DNA from: an uncultured Planctomycetaceae bacterium | GTDB lineage: Bacteria > Planctomycetota > Planctomycetia > Planctomycetales > Planctomycetaceae | Assembly (NCBI GenBank): GCA_963815195.1 | Contig: CAWFGE010000019.1 | Span: 32,001 to 96,000, forward strand | DNA length: 64,000 nt | Direction: 5' to 3' | Shown here: positions 1-9,579 of the stretch, in pieces | How positions within the stretch are numbered: position 1 is the first letter of the stretch | How the letters are laid out: each line of letters opens with the position of its first letter | Program-made: the position numbers and the translations under genes | Notes under the pieces: model-generated | The model's input: only the letters and a program-made list of their open reading frames with translations | Databases searched by the model: none | What the model was told of the DNA's origin: nothing

Positions 1-1259
1 GGCAAAGGCAACTCGAAGTGCAGCAGGCTCGGCTGGAGGAAGAAGATCAACGGCTTACCGTGCGCCTTGCCGAATTGGACGCCCGGCAGAAGAAGCTCGA
101 TCGGGACCGTGAAGTCTTTGCCGAGCATCAGAAGAAATCCAGCCAAACCGTGCGCCGCGAAGCCGAGCTGAACCGGTTGGCGGCGGATCTCGAAGAACGC
201 CAGGCATCGCTTGGCCGGGAACTTCGCGCGGCCGAAGAGAAACTCGCGGAACTCGACCGCAAACGAGCCGTGATGGAAAGCCTGGCGGCGGAGCAATCCC
301 GCGTCCAACAAGATCTTCTCAGCGAGCAGCGGACGTTGTCGGATCGCCGGCGGGAGTTCGAGCAGGAAGACGCCCGAACCGCCAGGCAGTTCCAAGAACT
401 CAAACAGGAACGTCAGCGGATCGCCGACGAGCAATCCGTCCTGGCCTATGTGCGGGCGTCACACGAAGCCCAGGTCGAGGCGTTCGAGGAACAATGCCGA
501 AACGAAGCGGCCCGCCACAAGGCCCGGAACGCTGAGATCGAAACCGAAGAAAACGAGCTGACCGAAATCCGCCGTCAACTCGAAGCCGGCGTCGCAGCGT
601 TTTCGGAAGACCGGGCGGACTGGGATCGCCGCGTTCAGAATCTCGCCCAGGCGGAACGGGATGCCCAATCCGAGCTGATCCGGATCGCCGATGCAGAAAA
701 CGCCCTCCGCCAGGATCGGCAGGAACTCGAACACAAGCGCCAAGAACTCTTAAGTTGGGAAGCGGAACTCCAAACCGCGGCCGAGGCTCTCAAGGCGTCC
801 CGCGCCGCATTTGAGGCAGAGCGGGAGCAACACAGCGTCCAAGCGGAATCGCAATCGGAGCAATTCGAGACCCAGCGCGAGTCCATCCAGGCGGACCTCG
901 ACCAACTCGTCGAGATCCGCCAGGAGCTGAACGCCGTCTCGGAACGGGTGCACGTCGACCGCTTGGAGCTGGCCGCCGAAGCGGACCTCGTAAAGACCCG
1001 GCGGAACGCGCTGGAATCCGCCGAGGCGGAATTGGAAGACCGCATGAACCAGCTCGAGGCGGCGCTCGAGGACTTCGACCTGGAACGCCTGGCCGTCAAC
1101 CGCCGGCAGGAAGAACTCGATCAGATCGCCGACCAAATCCGAGCAGAGCGAATCGTTCTCCAAAAAGAGCAAAAGGAACTCGCCCGGCTTCGCAACGAAC
1201 TCCGCCGGCAATCGGCCGTCGTCCGGCCGTTGGGCGCGGCCAAGGGATTGCAAGATTGA
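1..1259 (+). CDS. C-terminal part of a long coiled-coil protein, 5' truncated by the window
   Basis: Frame open from the window edge to TGA 1257-1259; E/Q/R/L/A-rich heptad-like sequence throughout. Confidence 0.8.
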   Translation, partial: QRQLEVQQARLEEEDQRLTVRLAELDARQKKLDRDREVFAEHQKKSSQTVRREAELNRLAADLEERQASLGRELRAAEEKLAELDRKRAVMESLAAEQSRVQQDLLSEQRTLSDRRREFEQEDARTARQFQELKQERQRIADEQSVLAYVRASHEAQVEAFEEQCRNEAARHKARNAEIETEENELTEIRRQLEAGVAAFSEDRADWDRRVQNLAQAERDAQSELIRIADAENALRQDRQELEHKRQELLSWEAELQTAAEALKASRAAFEAEREQHSVQAESQSEQFETQRESIQADLDQLVEIRQELNAVSERVHVDRLELAAEADLVKTRRNALESAEAELEDRMNQLEAALEDFDLERLAVNRRQEELDQIADQIRAERIVLQKEQKELARLRNELRRQSAVVRPLGAAKGLQD

Positions 1260-1309
1260 CGGCCAGGCGCGACAGTACGACATAGGCTCTCGATTCTTTT
1301 CTGCGAGGA

Positions 1310-2419
1310 GTGGTTCGTATGTTGCGAGACGTCAAGCGGCACATCCGGTTCGCGCGGCCGTTTACTCGGCGAACGCGGCCCGGCGCGGCACCGGGGGTGA
1401 TTCAAAGCCTCCCGGATGCCCCACCCACGGAAATCCGGGCGATCCAATTCGGCCCCGACCAATATTCCGACAAGATTCTCGAATCCCCGGACGAGATCGA
1501 AGTGCTCGTCGGCCAATCGCCCGTCACCTGGGTCAATGTCAACAGGCTCGGCGACGCCGAGACCATCCAACACATCGCGGCCATCTTCGGCTTGCACGCG
1601 CTGGCGGTCGAGGACGTGGTCAACGTGCATCAGCGGGCGAAGCTCGAATCCTACCACGACCATCTGTTTCTCGTCGTCCGCATGCCGTCGTCGAATGCGG
1701 AACTGCATTACGAGCAGGTGAGCCTGTTCATCGGGAAAAACTTTCTGTTGACCTTTCAAGAGGAGCCTGGCGATTGCTGGGACCCCGTCCGCGAACGGCT
1801 AAAAAGAGGCCGGGGGAAAGTCCGCGAGCAAGGCCCGGATTATCTGGCGTATTCCCTGGTGGATGCCGCGTTGGATGCGTATTTCCCCGTGCTCGAAGCC
1901 ATCGGCGAAGAAGTGGACCGCCTGGAAGAACGCGTGTTGTCCCGGGCCGATTCGCATTTGATAACGGAAATCCACAGCGTCCGGAGGGATTTGCTGTTGC
2001 TAAGGCGATCGCTGTGGCCGCACCGGGAAGCCATCAATTCCTTGATCCGCGACGACCATCCGCTGATTACGATGGAGACCCGCCTGTATCTTCGCGACTG
2101 CTACGACCACGCCGTGCAATTGATCGAAGTCAGCGAGATGTACCGCGAGATGTGCTCCGACCTGCGGGACTTTCATTTCTCGCAATTGAGTTGGCGGATG
2201 AACGAAGTCATGAAGGTGCTCACAATCATCGCCACGATGTTCATCCCGCTGAGTTTCATCACCGGGCTTTATGGAATGAATTTCGACCCCAACGTCTCGC
2301 CTTGGAACATGCCCGAGGTGAAATGGTATTTGGGTTACCCGTTTGCCTTGGGTCTGATGCTGTTGACCGCGGGCAGCTTTCTGTACTTCCTCTGGCGCCG
2401 CGGCTGGTTGCGGGACTAG
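1310..2419 (+). CDS. corA: Magnesium/cobalt transporter CorA
   Basis: HALAVEDV...QRAKLE, NEVMKVLT and the YGMNF signature followed by MPE and two C-terminal TM helices. Confidence 0.95.
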   Translation: MVRMLRDVKRHIRFARPFTRRTRPGAAPGVIQSLPDAPPTEIRAIQFGPDQYSDKILESPDEIEVLVGQSPVTWVNVNRLGDAETIQHIAAIFGLHALAVEDVVNVHQRAKLESYHDHLFLVVRMPSSNAELHYEQVSLFIGKNFLLTFQEEPGDCWDPVRERLKRGRGKVREQGPDYLAYSLVDAALDAYFPVLEAIGEEVDRLEERVLSRADSHLITEIHSVRRDLLLLRRSLWPHREAINSLIRDDHPLITMETRLYLRDCYDHAVQLIEVSEMYREMCSDLRDFHFSQLSWRMNEVMKVLTIIATMFIPLSFITGLYGMNFDPNVSPWNMPEVKWYLGYPFALGLMLLTAGSFLYFLWRRGWLRD

Positions 2420-2456
2420 CCCCCCCTTTCGTGTTTTTCGTTTGTTTCGTGGTTCC

Positions 2457-3518
2457 CTACCGTTCGGCAGCCAGCTCTTGACGAATCCGCAAACCCACGG
2501 CGGGGTCGAGCATCGCGGCCGTGGCGATGTGGACCGACTCGGCACCGGCTTTCAGATATTCGCGGACGTGCTCCGCGGCCCTGGCCCCGCCCACACCGAT
2601 GATGCGGGTTTTAAGGCCGCGATCGGCAATCAATCGGGCAAATATGGCCGCTTGCGCAATGGACGCTTCGCGGGTCGCCTCGCCGCAGATGCCCCGCTTC
2701 TGGCCATCGAATAGTAGATTTTTCGTCGCCGGGTCTTTAACGGTCGCCGCCACGCTGTTGGTCATCGCCAGGGCATCGACAAAGGGGGCCAGCGCATCGA
2801 GCAGATCGTCCGCGGCCTCGGCGTTTTCCACATGGCCGATCTTCGCGATGTAGGGAACCGACGGAATCGCTTCCCGAACCATGCCCGCGACCACCGCGGC
2901 ATCTCGGGGATTCTGATAAAGCTGCCCGTCGCAGGTGGCGACGTTCGGGCAGGAGAAATTCGTCTCCACACAGTCCGCCCCGCTCTCGGCCGCCCACTTC
3001 GCACACTGGGCATAATCCTCGGCGAGCTGCTCCAAAGTCCAACCCGGCTGAACCGTCCCCACGACCGACACCGAGAGCAGCTTTTCCTTGGGGAGACGCT
3101 TTCGCGTCCATTCCACATCTTTTCGCCAAGAGTCCGGCTCCGCGGAAGGCATCCCGAACGACACCGCCCAACTGCCGGTCGTTTCGTCCGTCATCGGCAA
3201 GGTTTCTTCGGTCCCATGGAGTTGCCCCGTGACCACGGGCTGCAAATTGGGCAGCGGATAGCACGCCCGCCGGCTGCTCCGCGTCGTCTTGTAGGTCAAG
3301 ACATCAAACCCGAGCGAAGCGTAATATAAAATCCATTTCCCATTTAAGAGCGGCCCCGCGGGCATCCCCAACGGCGAACCCACCCGCCGGCCGCAAAACG
3401 TCCACTCCCCCGGCACCTGCGGAACATGAACATGGACTGGCTCCGGCGCGTGGTCGTAATTCCATTGATAGGTTTTTAATGGATCGTAACGCGGAAGTTC
3501 GTCAGGTGAAGTCTGCAT
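2457..3518 (-). CDS. Dihydroorotate dehydrogenase-like FMN oxidoreductase
   Basis: PLGMPAGP, YKT, ETNFSCPNV and IIGVGG motifs of the DHODH/DPD TIM-barrel family. Confidence 0.75.
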   Translation of the reverse strand: MQTSPDELPRYDPLKTYQWNYDHAPEPVHVHVPQVPGEWTFCGRRVGSPLGMPAGPLLNGKWILYYASLGFDVLTYKTTRSSRRACYPLPNLQPVVTGQLHGTEETLPMTDETTGSWAVSFGMPSAEPDSWRKDVEWTRKRLPKEKLLSVSVVGTVQPGWTLEQLAEDYAQCAKWAAESGADCVETNFSCPNVATCDGQLYQNPRDAAVVAGMVREAIPSVPYIAKIGHVENAEAADDLLDALAPFVDALAMTNSVAATVKDPATKNLLFDGQKRGICGEATREASIAQAAIFARLIADRGLKTRIIGVGGARAAEHVREYLKAGAESVHIATAAMLDPAVGLRIRQELAAER

Positions 3519-3572
3519 TTCATCTTATCCATAATAAATGAACGGCCGGTGAATCCCAACGTGGTTTTTTTT

Positions 3573-3777
3573 TACCGCGTAGCGGTTGCATAACAAAGCC
3601 CAGGGTCGCGCAGCACACCCTGGGTAATCGGAATCACAAAATCCCTTTACGCCGAAGGCGTTACATAACACTTTTGTATAACGCCTTCGGCGTAATCCGA
3701 TGATTTCCAACCGAAACCCAGGGTGGCGCGGCTGCGCCGCTTACCCTGGGCTTTGTGATGTAACGCCTTCGGCGTAA
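3573..3777. repeat. Composite palindromic REP/REPIN-like intergenic element
   Basis: Nested inverted repeats: CCCAGGGT...ACCCTGGG twice, TACGCCGAAGGCGTTA and its reverse complement three times; the whole element is an imperfect palindrome. Confidence 0.8.
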
Positions 3778-3827
3778 AGATTTTGTAGCCAATCCTCATT
3801 AAGGATTTGCGCAGGAAACAAATCTTC

Positions 3828-4946
3828 TTATCGTTCAGAATGCCGCAGGATCCGCGATCGTGATCGATCGGTTGAGCGACTCTCACCAAGTTGCACTCCC
3901 GGTGCGGTTTGTTGTCCGGCGGCGAAGACCAACGCCGGGGCGACGACGCTTCCAATCTCGCGGTTGTGATAATAAAACACCCACGCGTGCTCGGTACGGA
4001 TGGCCCAGGTCACGTCCCATTCCGTGAGCCGCGACGCGAGCGGTCCCATCAAGAAGCGGTCGCGGGGCGAAAAGCCGACGCGGCCAAGCGCCTGCTTGCC
4101 GTAGAACGTGCGGATGGGATAGAGATTGAGCGCAAAGTCGGACTGGTTTCGCATGTTGAGCAGCCATTCGGTCACCCACAAAGCCTGCCCGTAGCGCTCG
4201 CCGGGGTTGAGCCAGTTGCGATCCATCGCCGCCGCGACGAGCACCGCCCGGTACGACCGCGTCTCGACGGCTGGGCAACGAAAGTTGCAGCCGGGCACCG
4301 CGCCGCCCGCGAGCAGATGCAAGGTCGAGGCGACCACGCGGGCTCCGAAGCTGTAGCCGAAAAAACTCACCCGGGCGTTGGCGGGAAATTGCGAAACGAG
4401 TTTGGCCAGGTAGCAGCCGTTGAACTCCGCCCGCTCGCCCCGCGCGGTGATGCTGATCGGGGGCAGCGGCGTCTGCTCGTCGTCGCTCGGCCAGGTGTAG
4501 AACACAACCTGCACCGGCAGGCCCTTCGAGCTGGCGCGAATCCATTTCACAATCTCAGGGGCCACGCGGTGCACATCGCGAAAGGACGTCCGGTCGCCGT
4601 GAATCACAAAGCAAACCGGCACATTAAAATTGAGCGACGCCAGAAACGCGGGTTCGGCGATTCGGGTCAAGCGGTTGGCCGCATCGGCGGCGAAGTAATT
4701 CAAGGTGCCCCGCGGGCAGCGGGTTTGCTGACGCTGACAACACGCCCGGCTGCTGGCGATCCAATACTCAGCCCCCGGCAATGCTTGCGGAGCCGACTCG
4801 ACCGCCGGGAATTCCGGCCCATTGCCAGCAGGCGTTTGAGCAAACACGGACCCAGCGGACAGCGCAATCCCCATGCCGAGAACGGCGCGAACCAGTAACG
4901 ATCCGCACCGATCCATCGGTCGTTTTGATTGGGGACGGGTCCACAT
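3828..4946 (-). CDS. Secreted alpha/beta hydrolase-fold protein (DUF900-like)
   Basis: Signal-peptide-like N-terminus, FVIHG, VFYTWPS and a GYSFG nucleophile elbow; exact start uncertain. Confidence 0.7.
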   Translation of the reverse strand: MWTRPQSKRPMDRCGSLLVRAVLGMGIALSAGSVFAQTPAGNGPEFPAVESAPQALPGAEYWIASSRACCQRQQTRCPRGTLNYFAADAANRLTRIAEPAFLASLNFNVPVCFVIHGDRTSFRDVHRVAPEIVKWIRASSKGLPVQVVFYTWPSDDEQTPLPPISITARGERAEFNGCYLAKLVSQFPANARVSFFGYSFGARVVASTLHLLAGGAVPGCNFRCPAVETRSYRAVLVAAAMDRNWLNPGERYGQALWVTEWLLNMRNQSDFALNLYPIRTFYGKQALGRVGFSPRDRFLMGPLASRLTEWDVTWAIRTEHAWVFYYHNREIGSVVAPALVFAAGQQTAPGVQLGESRSTDRSRSRILRHSER

Positions 4947-5046
4947 GATCGCCTCCGAGGGGCCGAAGACGGTCGTCCGGCTGACCGAAACGGCTTGCCG
5001 ATCCTGGCAAGTAAGTTTACGTCACCTGATGTAAAAATGACAAAAC

Positions 5047-6027
5047 TTAGAGCAAACTTCGGGTCAGAACATCGCGAGCTTTCTCAAAATACGGTTGCCA
5101 CGGAATCTCCGGATTTTCCTGTTTCAAACAGTCGCGGACTTTGGTCAACGTGTTCCGGGCCATGTGCGGGCAGCGGTTGCAGGCGCAGGTCTCGCCGGTC
5201 GACGCCATGATGCCCGGCACCGGCACGAAGCTGTGCTGCGGAGCCGCTTTTTCCAAGGCGTGGATCATGTTCGCTTCCGTGGCGACAAGGAACGTCGAAG
5301 GTTCGGAAACCGACGCGACGTACCGCCGCATCTTCTCGGTCCCGCCGATAAAATCGCTGATTTCCAAAATGTTCTGCGGGCATTCGGGATGCGAAATCAC
5401 CTGGCTGCCGGGATGGTTCCGTTTCGCCCGGTTCAAGTCCTGAATGCTGAAGACCTCATGCACCATGCAAGAACCGGGCCACAAAATCATGTCCCGGCCG
5501 GTGACCTCCATCAAATACCGCCCGAGGTGCCGATCCGGCACGAACAAGATTTCCTTGCCTTCTGGAAGTTGTTCGATAATCTCGCGGGCGTTGCCGCTGG
5601 TGACGATCCAATCGCACAGGCTTTTGACCGCGGCGGAGGTGTTGATGTAAGCGACCGTCAGAAAGTCCCGCCTCTGGTCCCGCAGCGCGGCCTGGTAGCT
5701 CGCCAACTTGTCATACGGGCAGCTTTCCGCGAGGGAGCAGCCGGCGAGCAAATCCGGCAGAAGCACGCGTTTTTCGGGGTTCAAAATCTTCGCCGACTCC
5801 GCCATAAAATGCACGCCGCTGAACACGATCGTGCTCGTCGTCACGCGGGTCGCATCGCGGGCGAGCTGCAAGCTGTCGCCGGCAAAATCGGCGATGTCCT
5901 GAATCTCGCCATCCACGTAATAATGCGCCAGAATGGTGGCGTCCTTTTCCTTTTTGAGGGCCTCGATTTCATCCATGAGGGCCAACGGATCTTCCGCGGT
6001 GTCGAGGGTCAAAAAATCAGTCGCCAT
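5047..6027 (-). CDS. nadA: Quinolinate synthase NadA
   Basis: ILAHYY, GDSLQL, GVHFMAE, AGCSLA, YINTSA, GSCMVHE, HPEC and CPHM motifs. Confidence 0.96.
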   Translation of the reverse strand: MATDFLTLDTAEDPLALMDEIEALKKEKDATILAHYYVDGEIQDIADFAGDSLQLARDATRVTTSTIVFSGVHFMAESAKILNPEKRVLLPDLLAGCSLAESCPYDKLASYQAALRDQRRDFLTVAYINTSAAVKSLCDWIVTSGNAREIIEQLPEGKEILFVPDRHLGRYLMEVTGRDMILWPGSCMVHEVFSIQDLNRAKRNHPGSQVISHPECPQNILEISDFIGGTEKMRRYVASVSEPSTFLVATEANMIHALEKAAPQHSFVPVPGIMASTGETCACNRCPHMARNTLTKVRDCLKQENPEIPWQPYFEKARDVLTRSLL

Positions 6028-6079
6028 GATCCGCTCCTCTCACCCGGCCGCTCACGCGGCTCGGATCGCCTATAAAAAA

Positions 6080-6141
6080 ATCAGCCGCAGGGCGCTAGCC
6101 CCGGTTTTTGCGATAACCGGACGCTAGGCGTTCCGGCTGAT
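6080..6141. repeat. REP-like palindromic element
   Basis: ATCAGCCGCAGGGCGCTAGCCCCGGTT ... AACCGGACGCTAGGCGTTCCGGCTGAT imperfect inverted pair; left arm resembles the 34-bp tandem unit and the arm at 41647. Confidence 0.6.
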
Positions 6142-6378
6142 CTGAAAACTCCTGGCCTTCCCATTCCCGGGGCTTCGCGTGAATTTTACACTAAGTTTTC
6201 GCCGCGAACACTGCCATTGTCGCGGGTATGGTGGAGAAATCAACGCAACGCCGCTAAAAAGGGTGTGAGGGCCTGTGCTTAGAGCGATTTTTCCGTCAAG
6301 GTTTGCGCAACGGGTCCCCGCGGTATCGGCTTTTGGACACTTTTTGATCTGCGAATTTCCCTCCGGAGAGACCCCCGC

Positions 6379-7206
6379 ATGAGCGAGCAACCCTTAAGAA
6401 TCCTGGCGATCGGCGCCCACCCCGATGATTGCGATTTGACCGCCGGGGGCGCGGCGGCGCTTTGGAAACAGTCCGGGCACGAGGTGCGGTTTGTGAGCAT
6501 GACCAACGGCGAGTCGGGGCATCATCAAAAATCCGGGAAAGAACTCGCCGACATCCGCCGGCAGGAAGCCGCCAACGCGGGGAAGGTCCTCGGCATTCGT
6601 TATGACGTGCTCGACAACCCCGACGGGGCCCTCACGCCTTCGCTGGAAAACCGCAAACAACTGATCGGGCTGATCCGCGAATACGGTCCCGATCTCGTGC
6701 TGACGCATCGGCCCAACGATTATCATCCCGATCACCGCTACACGTCGCTTTTGGTCTGCGACGCGGCCTACATGGTCACGGTTCCGCCCGTGGTGCCGGA
6801 GGTTCCCGCGCTGCGAAAGAACCCGGTGATCTGCTACATGATGGATAATTTCCAAAGGCCTTATCCGTTTTCGCCGACGGTCGCAGTGGACATCGAGCCG
6901 GTGATCGAAAAGGTGGTCGACATGCTCGACTGCCACAAGTCGCAGTTCTACGAATGGCTGCCTTACAACAAATTCTTCCCGGAGCCTCCGCCGGACGATC
7001 CCGCCGCCCGCCGGGATTGGCTGGGCAAGCATTTTCGCAGCCGCATCGCGCATTACGCGGACAAATATCGGGAGCTGTTGATGTCGACCTACGGCCCCGA
7101 GCGCGGCCCGGCGGTGCGATACATCCAGGCCTTCGAGCCCTGCGAATACGGATCGCCCTTGACCGCGGACGAACGCTGGCGGCTGTTTCCCTTTTTGCCG
7201 CGATAA
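6379..7206 (+). CDS. PIG-L/LmbE family deacetylase
   Basis: GAHPDD, TNGESG, RRQEA, HPDH and HKSQ motifs. Confidence 0.92.
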   Translation: MSEQPLRILAIGAHPDDCDLTAGGAAALWKQSGHEVRFVSMTNGESGHHQKSGKELADIRRQEAANAGKVLGIRYDVLDNPDGALTPSLENRKQLIGLIREYGPDLVLTHRPNDYHPDHRYTSLLVCDAAYMVTVPPVVPEVPALRKNPVICYMMDNFQRPYPFSPTVAVDIEPVIEKVVDMLDCHKSQFYEWLPYNKFFPEPPPDDPAARRDWLGKHFRSRIAHYADKYRELLMSTYGPERGPAVRYIQAFEPCEYGSPLTADERWRLFPFLPR

Positions 7207-7408
7207 TGCGGCCCGACGGAACGGAACAAATCCCCCTTCCCGAAAAAATCGAAAAGGCCGAAAATTGGGCTTGCCTTTGGTCAACTTTCTGCGATTATTG
7301 GGAAGTCGTTTTCGTGCTGACGCGGCACGAAGGTTGTCAGCCTGTCAGGAGGCCGGATTGGTGAGCCGGTCGAAGCAGGGCGTTTTAACCAAGAAAGGAG
7401 GTGGTCAA

Positions 7409-7453
7409 GTGGAATACGACTGTAGTAGCCAACAACGAGGTGGTTCCGCCTAA
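7409..7453 (+). other. Candidate 14-aa micropeptide ORF (MEYDCSSQQRGGSA, GTG start) or part of a small RNA
   Basis: AAAGGAGGTG at 7394-7403, 5 nt upstream of GTG 7409; lies in an otherwise gene-free interval closed by a terminator. Confidence 0.45.
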
Positions 7454-7580
7454 CCAGACAGCCGGCGGGTTGTCCTCGAGGCAACCACCGACTCGTAGGA
7501 TCGTCTCTTTTCTTGCGTCCGGTTTGATTCAGCAACCCTGAAATCAGCCGGTCAACAATCGATCCATCACGAGACACAAG

Positions 7581-7628
7581 CAGAACCCGATGCCCCTTTG
7601 ATGCGGGCATCGGGTTCTGTCTCGTTTT
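7581..7628 (+). terminator. Rho-independent terminator
   Basis: 15-bp perfect stem CAGAACCCGATGCCC / GGGCATCGGGTTCTG followed by TCTCGTTTT. Confidence 0.8.
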
Positions 7629-7656
7629 AGAGACCCCGTTTCGTAGCGGCGCGTCC

Positions 7657-8041
7657 AGCCTCCGGCCTTTGAATGTGAGCGGAAGGCGCTAGCCTCCGGC
7701 CTTTGAATGTGAGCGGAAGGCGCTAGCCTCCGGCCTTTGAATGTGAGCGGAAGGCGGCTAGCCTCCGGCCTTTGAATGTGAGCGGAAGGCGCTAGCCTCC
7801 GGCCTTTGAATGTGAGCGGAAGGCGCTAGCCTCCGGCCTTTGAATGTGAGCGGAAGGCGCTAGCCTCCGGCCTTTGAATGTGAGCGGAAGGCGCTAGCCT
7901 CCGCCCTGAGTCTTTGAATGTGAGCGGAAGGCGTCAGCCTCCGGCCTTTGAATGTGAGCGGAAGGCGCTAGCCTCCGGCCTGAGTCGATGAAGGGAAATC
8001 CCCACAAAACTCCAGGCCCGCGGCTAGCACCTTGCCGCTCA
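7657..8041. repeat. Tandem array of nine ~34-bp units (AGCCTCCGGCCTTTGAATGTGAGCGGAAGGCGCT) ending in an inverted partner arm
   Basis: TTTGAATGTGAGCGGAAGG occurs nine times between about 7668 and 7965; CAGGCCCGCGGCTAGCACCTTGCCGCTCA at about 8013-8041 is an imperfect reverse complement of the last unit. Confidence 0.95.
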
Positions 8042-8114
8042 TTTTTGTGAAAACTCGCCGCCCCTCCGTCGTATCAGGGATTAAGAAATCCTCACCTACA
8101 AAAACGACGGAACA

Positions 8115-8669
8115 ATGGACCCCAAACGGCAAAAACACATCAGCAAGTTTTTGAGCCTCGTCTTGCGGCATCAGCCGGAATGGATCGGCATTCAACTCGA
8201 TGCCCAGGGTTGGACGCCGGTGGACGCGTTAATCACCAAAGCCCAGCGCCACGGAACGCTGTTCTCCGAGGCGGAACTCCGGCAGGTGGCGGCGGATTCC
8301 GACAAACAGCGATTCGCCTTCAGCGACGACGGCACACAGATTCGGGCCAACCAGGGTCATTCAGTGACGGTGGACTTGGCCCTCGAACCGGCCGTTCCGC
8401 CGGAGGTGCTGTATCACGGCACCGTGGGAAAGTTCTTGGACAGCATTCGCCGGCAAGGTTTAAGGAAAGGGCAGCGGCATTACGTGCATCTTTCGCCCGA
8501 CGAGGCCACCGCGACCAAAGTCGGCTCCCGCCGTGGCCGCCCGGTGATTCTGCAAATCGCCAGCGGCCAAATGCACGCCGACGGCCTCGTGTTTTATCTC
8601 TCCGCGAACGGCGTCTGGCTCACCGACCATGTGCCGCCCTCGTACATGACTTTTCCCTCACAGGACTGA
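8115..8669 (+). CDS. kptA: RNA 2'-phosphotransferase (Tpt1/KptA family)
   Basis: SKFLSLVLRH, DKQRF, IRANQGHS, LYHGT, RHYVHLS and NGVWLT motifs. Confidence 0.96.
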   Translation: MDPKRQKHISKFLSLVLRHQPEWIGIQLDAQGWTPVDALITKAQRHGTLFSEAELRQVAADSDKQRFAFSDDGTQIRANQGHSVTVDLALEPAVPPEVLYHGTVGKFLDSIRRQGLRKGQRHYVHLSPDEATATKVGSRRGRPVILQIASGQMHADGLVFYLSANGVWLTDHVPPSYMTFPSQD

Positions 8670-8807
8670 TCGGTCTCCGCGAGATTTTCTCGCCGATGGA
8701 GTTGAAGATGGATGAGGGAAGATAGAGGATAGAGCAGAAACGCCGCATTGAAATGCGATCCTCCATCGGTCCTCATCAACCATCGCAGAGAAACCCGGGA
8801 GTCCCAC

Positions 8808-9372
8808 GTGAGCCGCGCCGACGATTTGGCCTTGATGCGGGAATACACGAACAGCGACAGCTTGCGAAAGCACATGCTGGCGGTGGAGTCCGCGATGCGG
8901 GCTTATGCGCGGAAGTTGGGCGAGGATGAGGAGAAATGGGGCGCGGTGGGGCTGCTCCATGATTTCGATTACGAGCGCTGGCCTGATCCGCCGGACCATC
9001 CGCTCAAAGGATCGGCGATCCTCAAAGAGCGCGGCTATTCGGACGAGATCATCTATGCCATCAAATCGCACGCCGACTACCTGCCCGACTGCCCGCGGGT
9101 GTCGCGGTTGGACAAGGGGCTTTATGCTTGCGACGAGCTTTGCGGATTCATCATGGCGTGCGCGTTGGTGCGTCCCACCCGGCTTGAAGGGCTGACGGCG
9201 AAGAGCGTGCGGAAGAAAATGAAGGCGCTGACCTTCGCGGCCGCCGTCCATCGCGACGACATCGTGCCGCGGGGCGGAGGATTTCGGCATGGAGTTGAAC
9301 GAGCACATCGAGTTTTGCATCGCCGCCATGCAGGGGATCGCCGGCGAACTGGGCCTCACGCCGGAATGCTAA
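8808..9372 (+). CDS. HD/HDIG-domain metal-dependent phosphohydrolase with an apparent +1 frameshift near 9267
   Basis: SLRKHMLAVE, GLLHDFDYE, AIKSH and LYACDELCG motifs; removing one C in GTGCCGCGG gives the C-terminus RGAEDFGMELNEHIEFCIAAMQGIAGELGLTPEC-stop. Confidence 0.8.
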
Positions 9373-9402
9373 AACACCGGGTCTATCGCCCTGCGATTCT
9401 GG

Positions 9403-9510
9403 CTCTTCCGGCGAATCGGGGGGTAGACGTGGATGATCTTTTTGTGTGATGATCAATGAATGGAATGATGGATTTCACCTCCCCTTTGGGCCCTTTGGGG
9501 AGGTGAAAGA
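9403..9510 (+). repeat. ~110-bp dispersed repeat with a terminal hairpin, copy 1
   Basis: Near-identical reverse complement at 38109-38220; ends in a TTTCACCTCCCC-loop-GGGGAGGTGAAA stem. Confidence 0.9.
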
Positions 9511-9579
9511 CCGTCGTCGTTGCCCCTCATTCCCCGGAAGAACCTTAATTCTTTAACCCCCAGGAAAACCAACAGCCGA

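Noticed and set aside
7657..7981. CRISPR array
   Set aside because: The 34-bp units are directly adjacent with no unique spacers, and no cas genes are present in the window.
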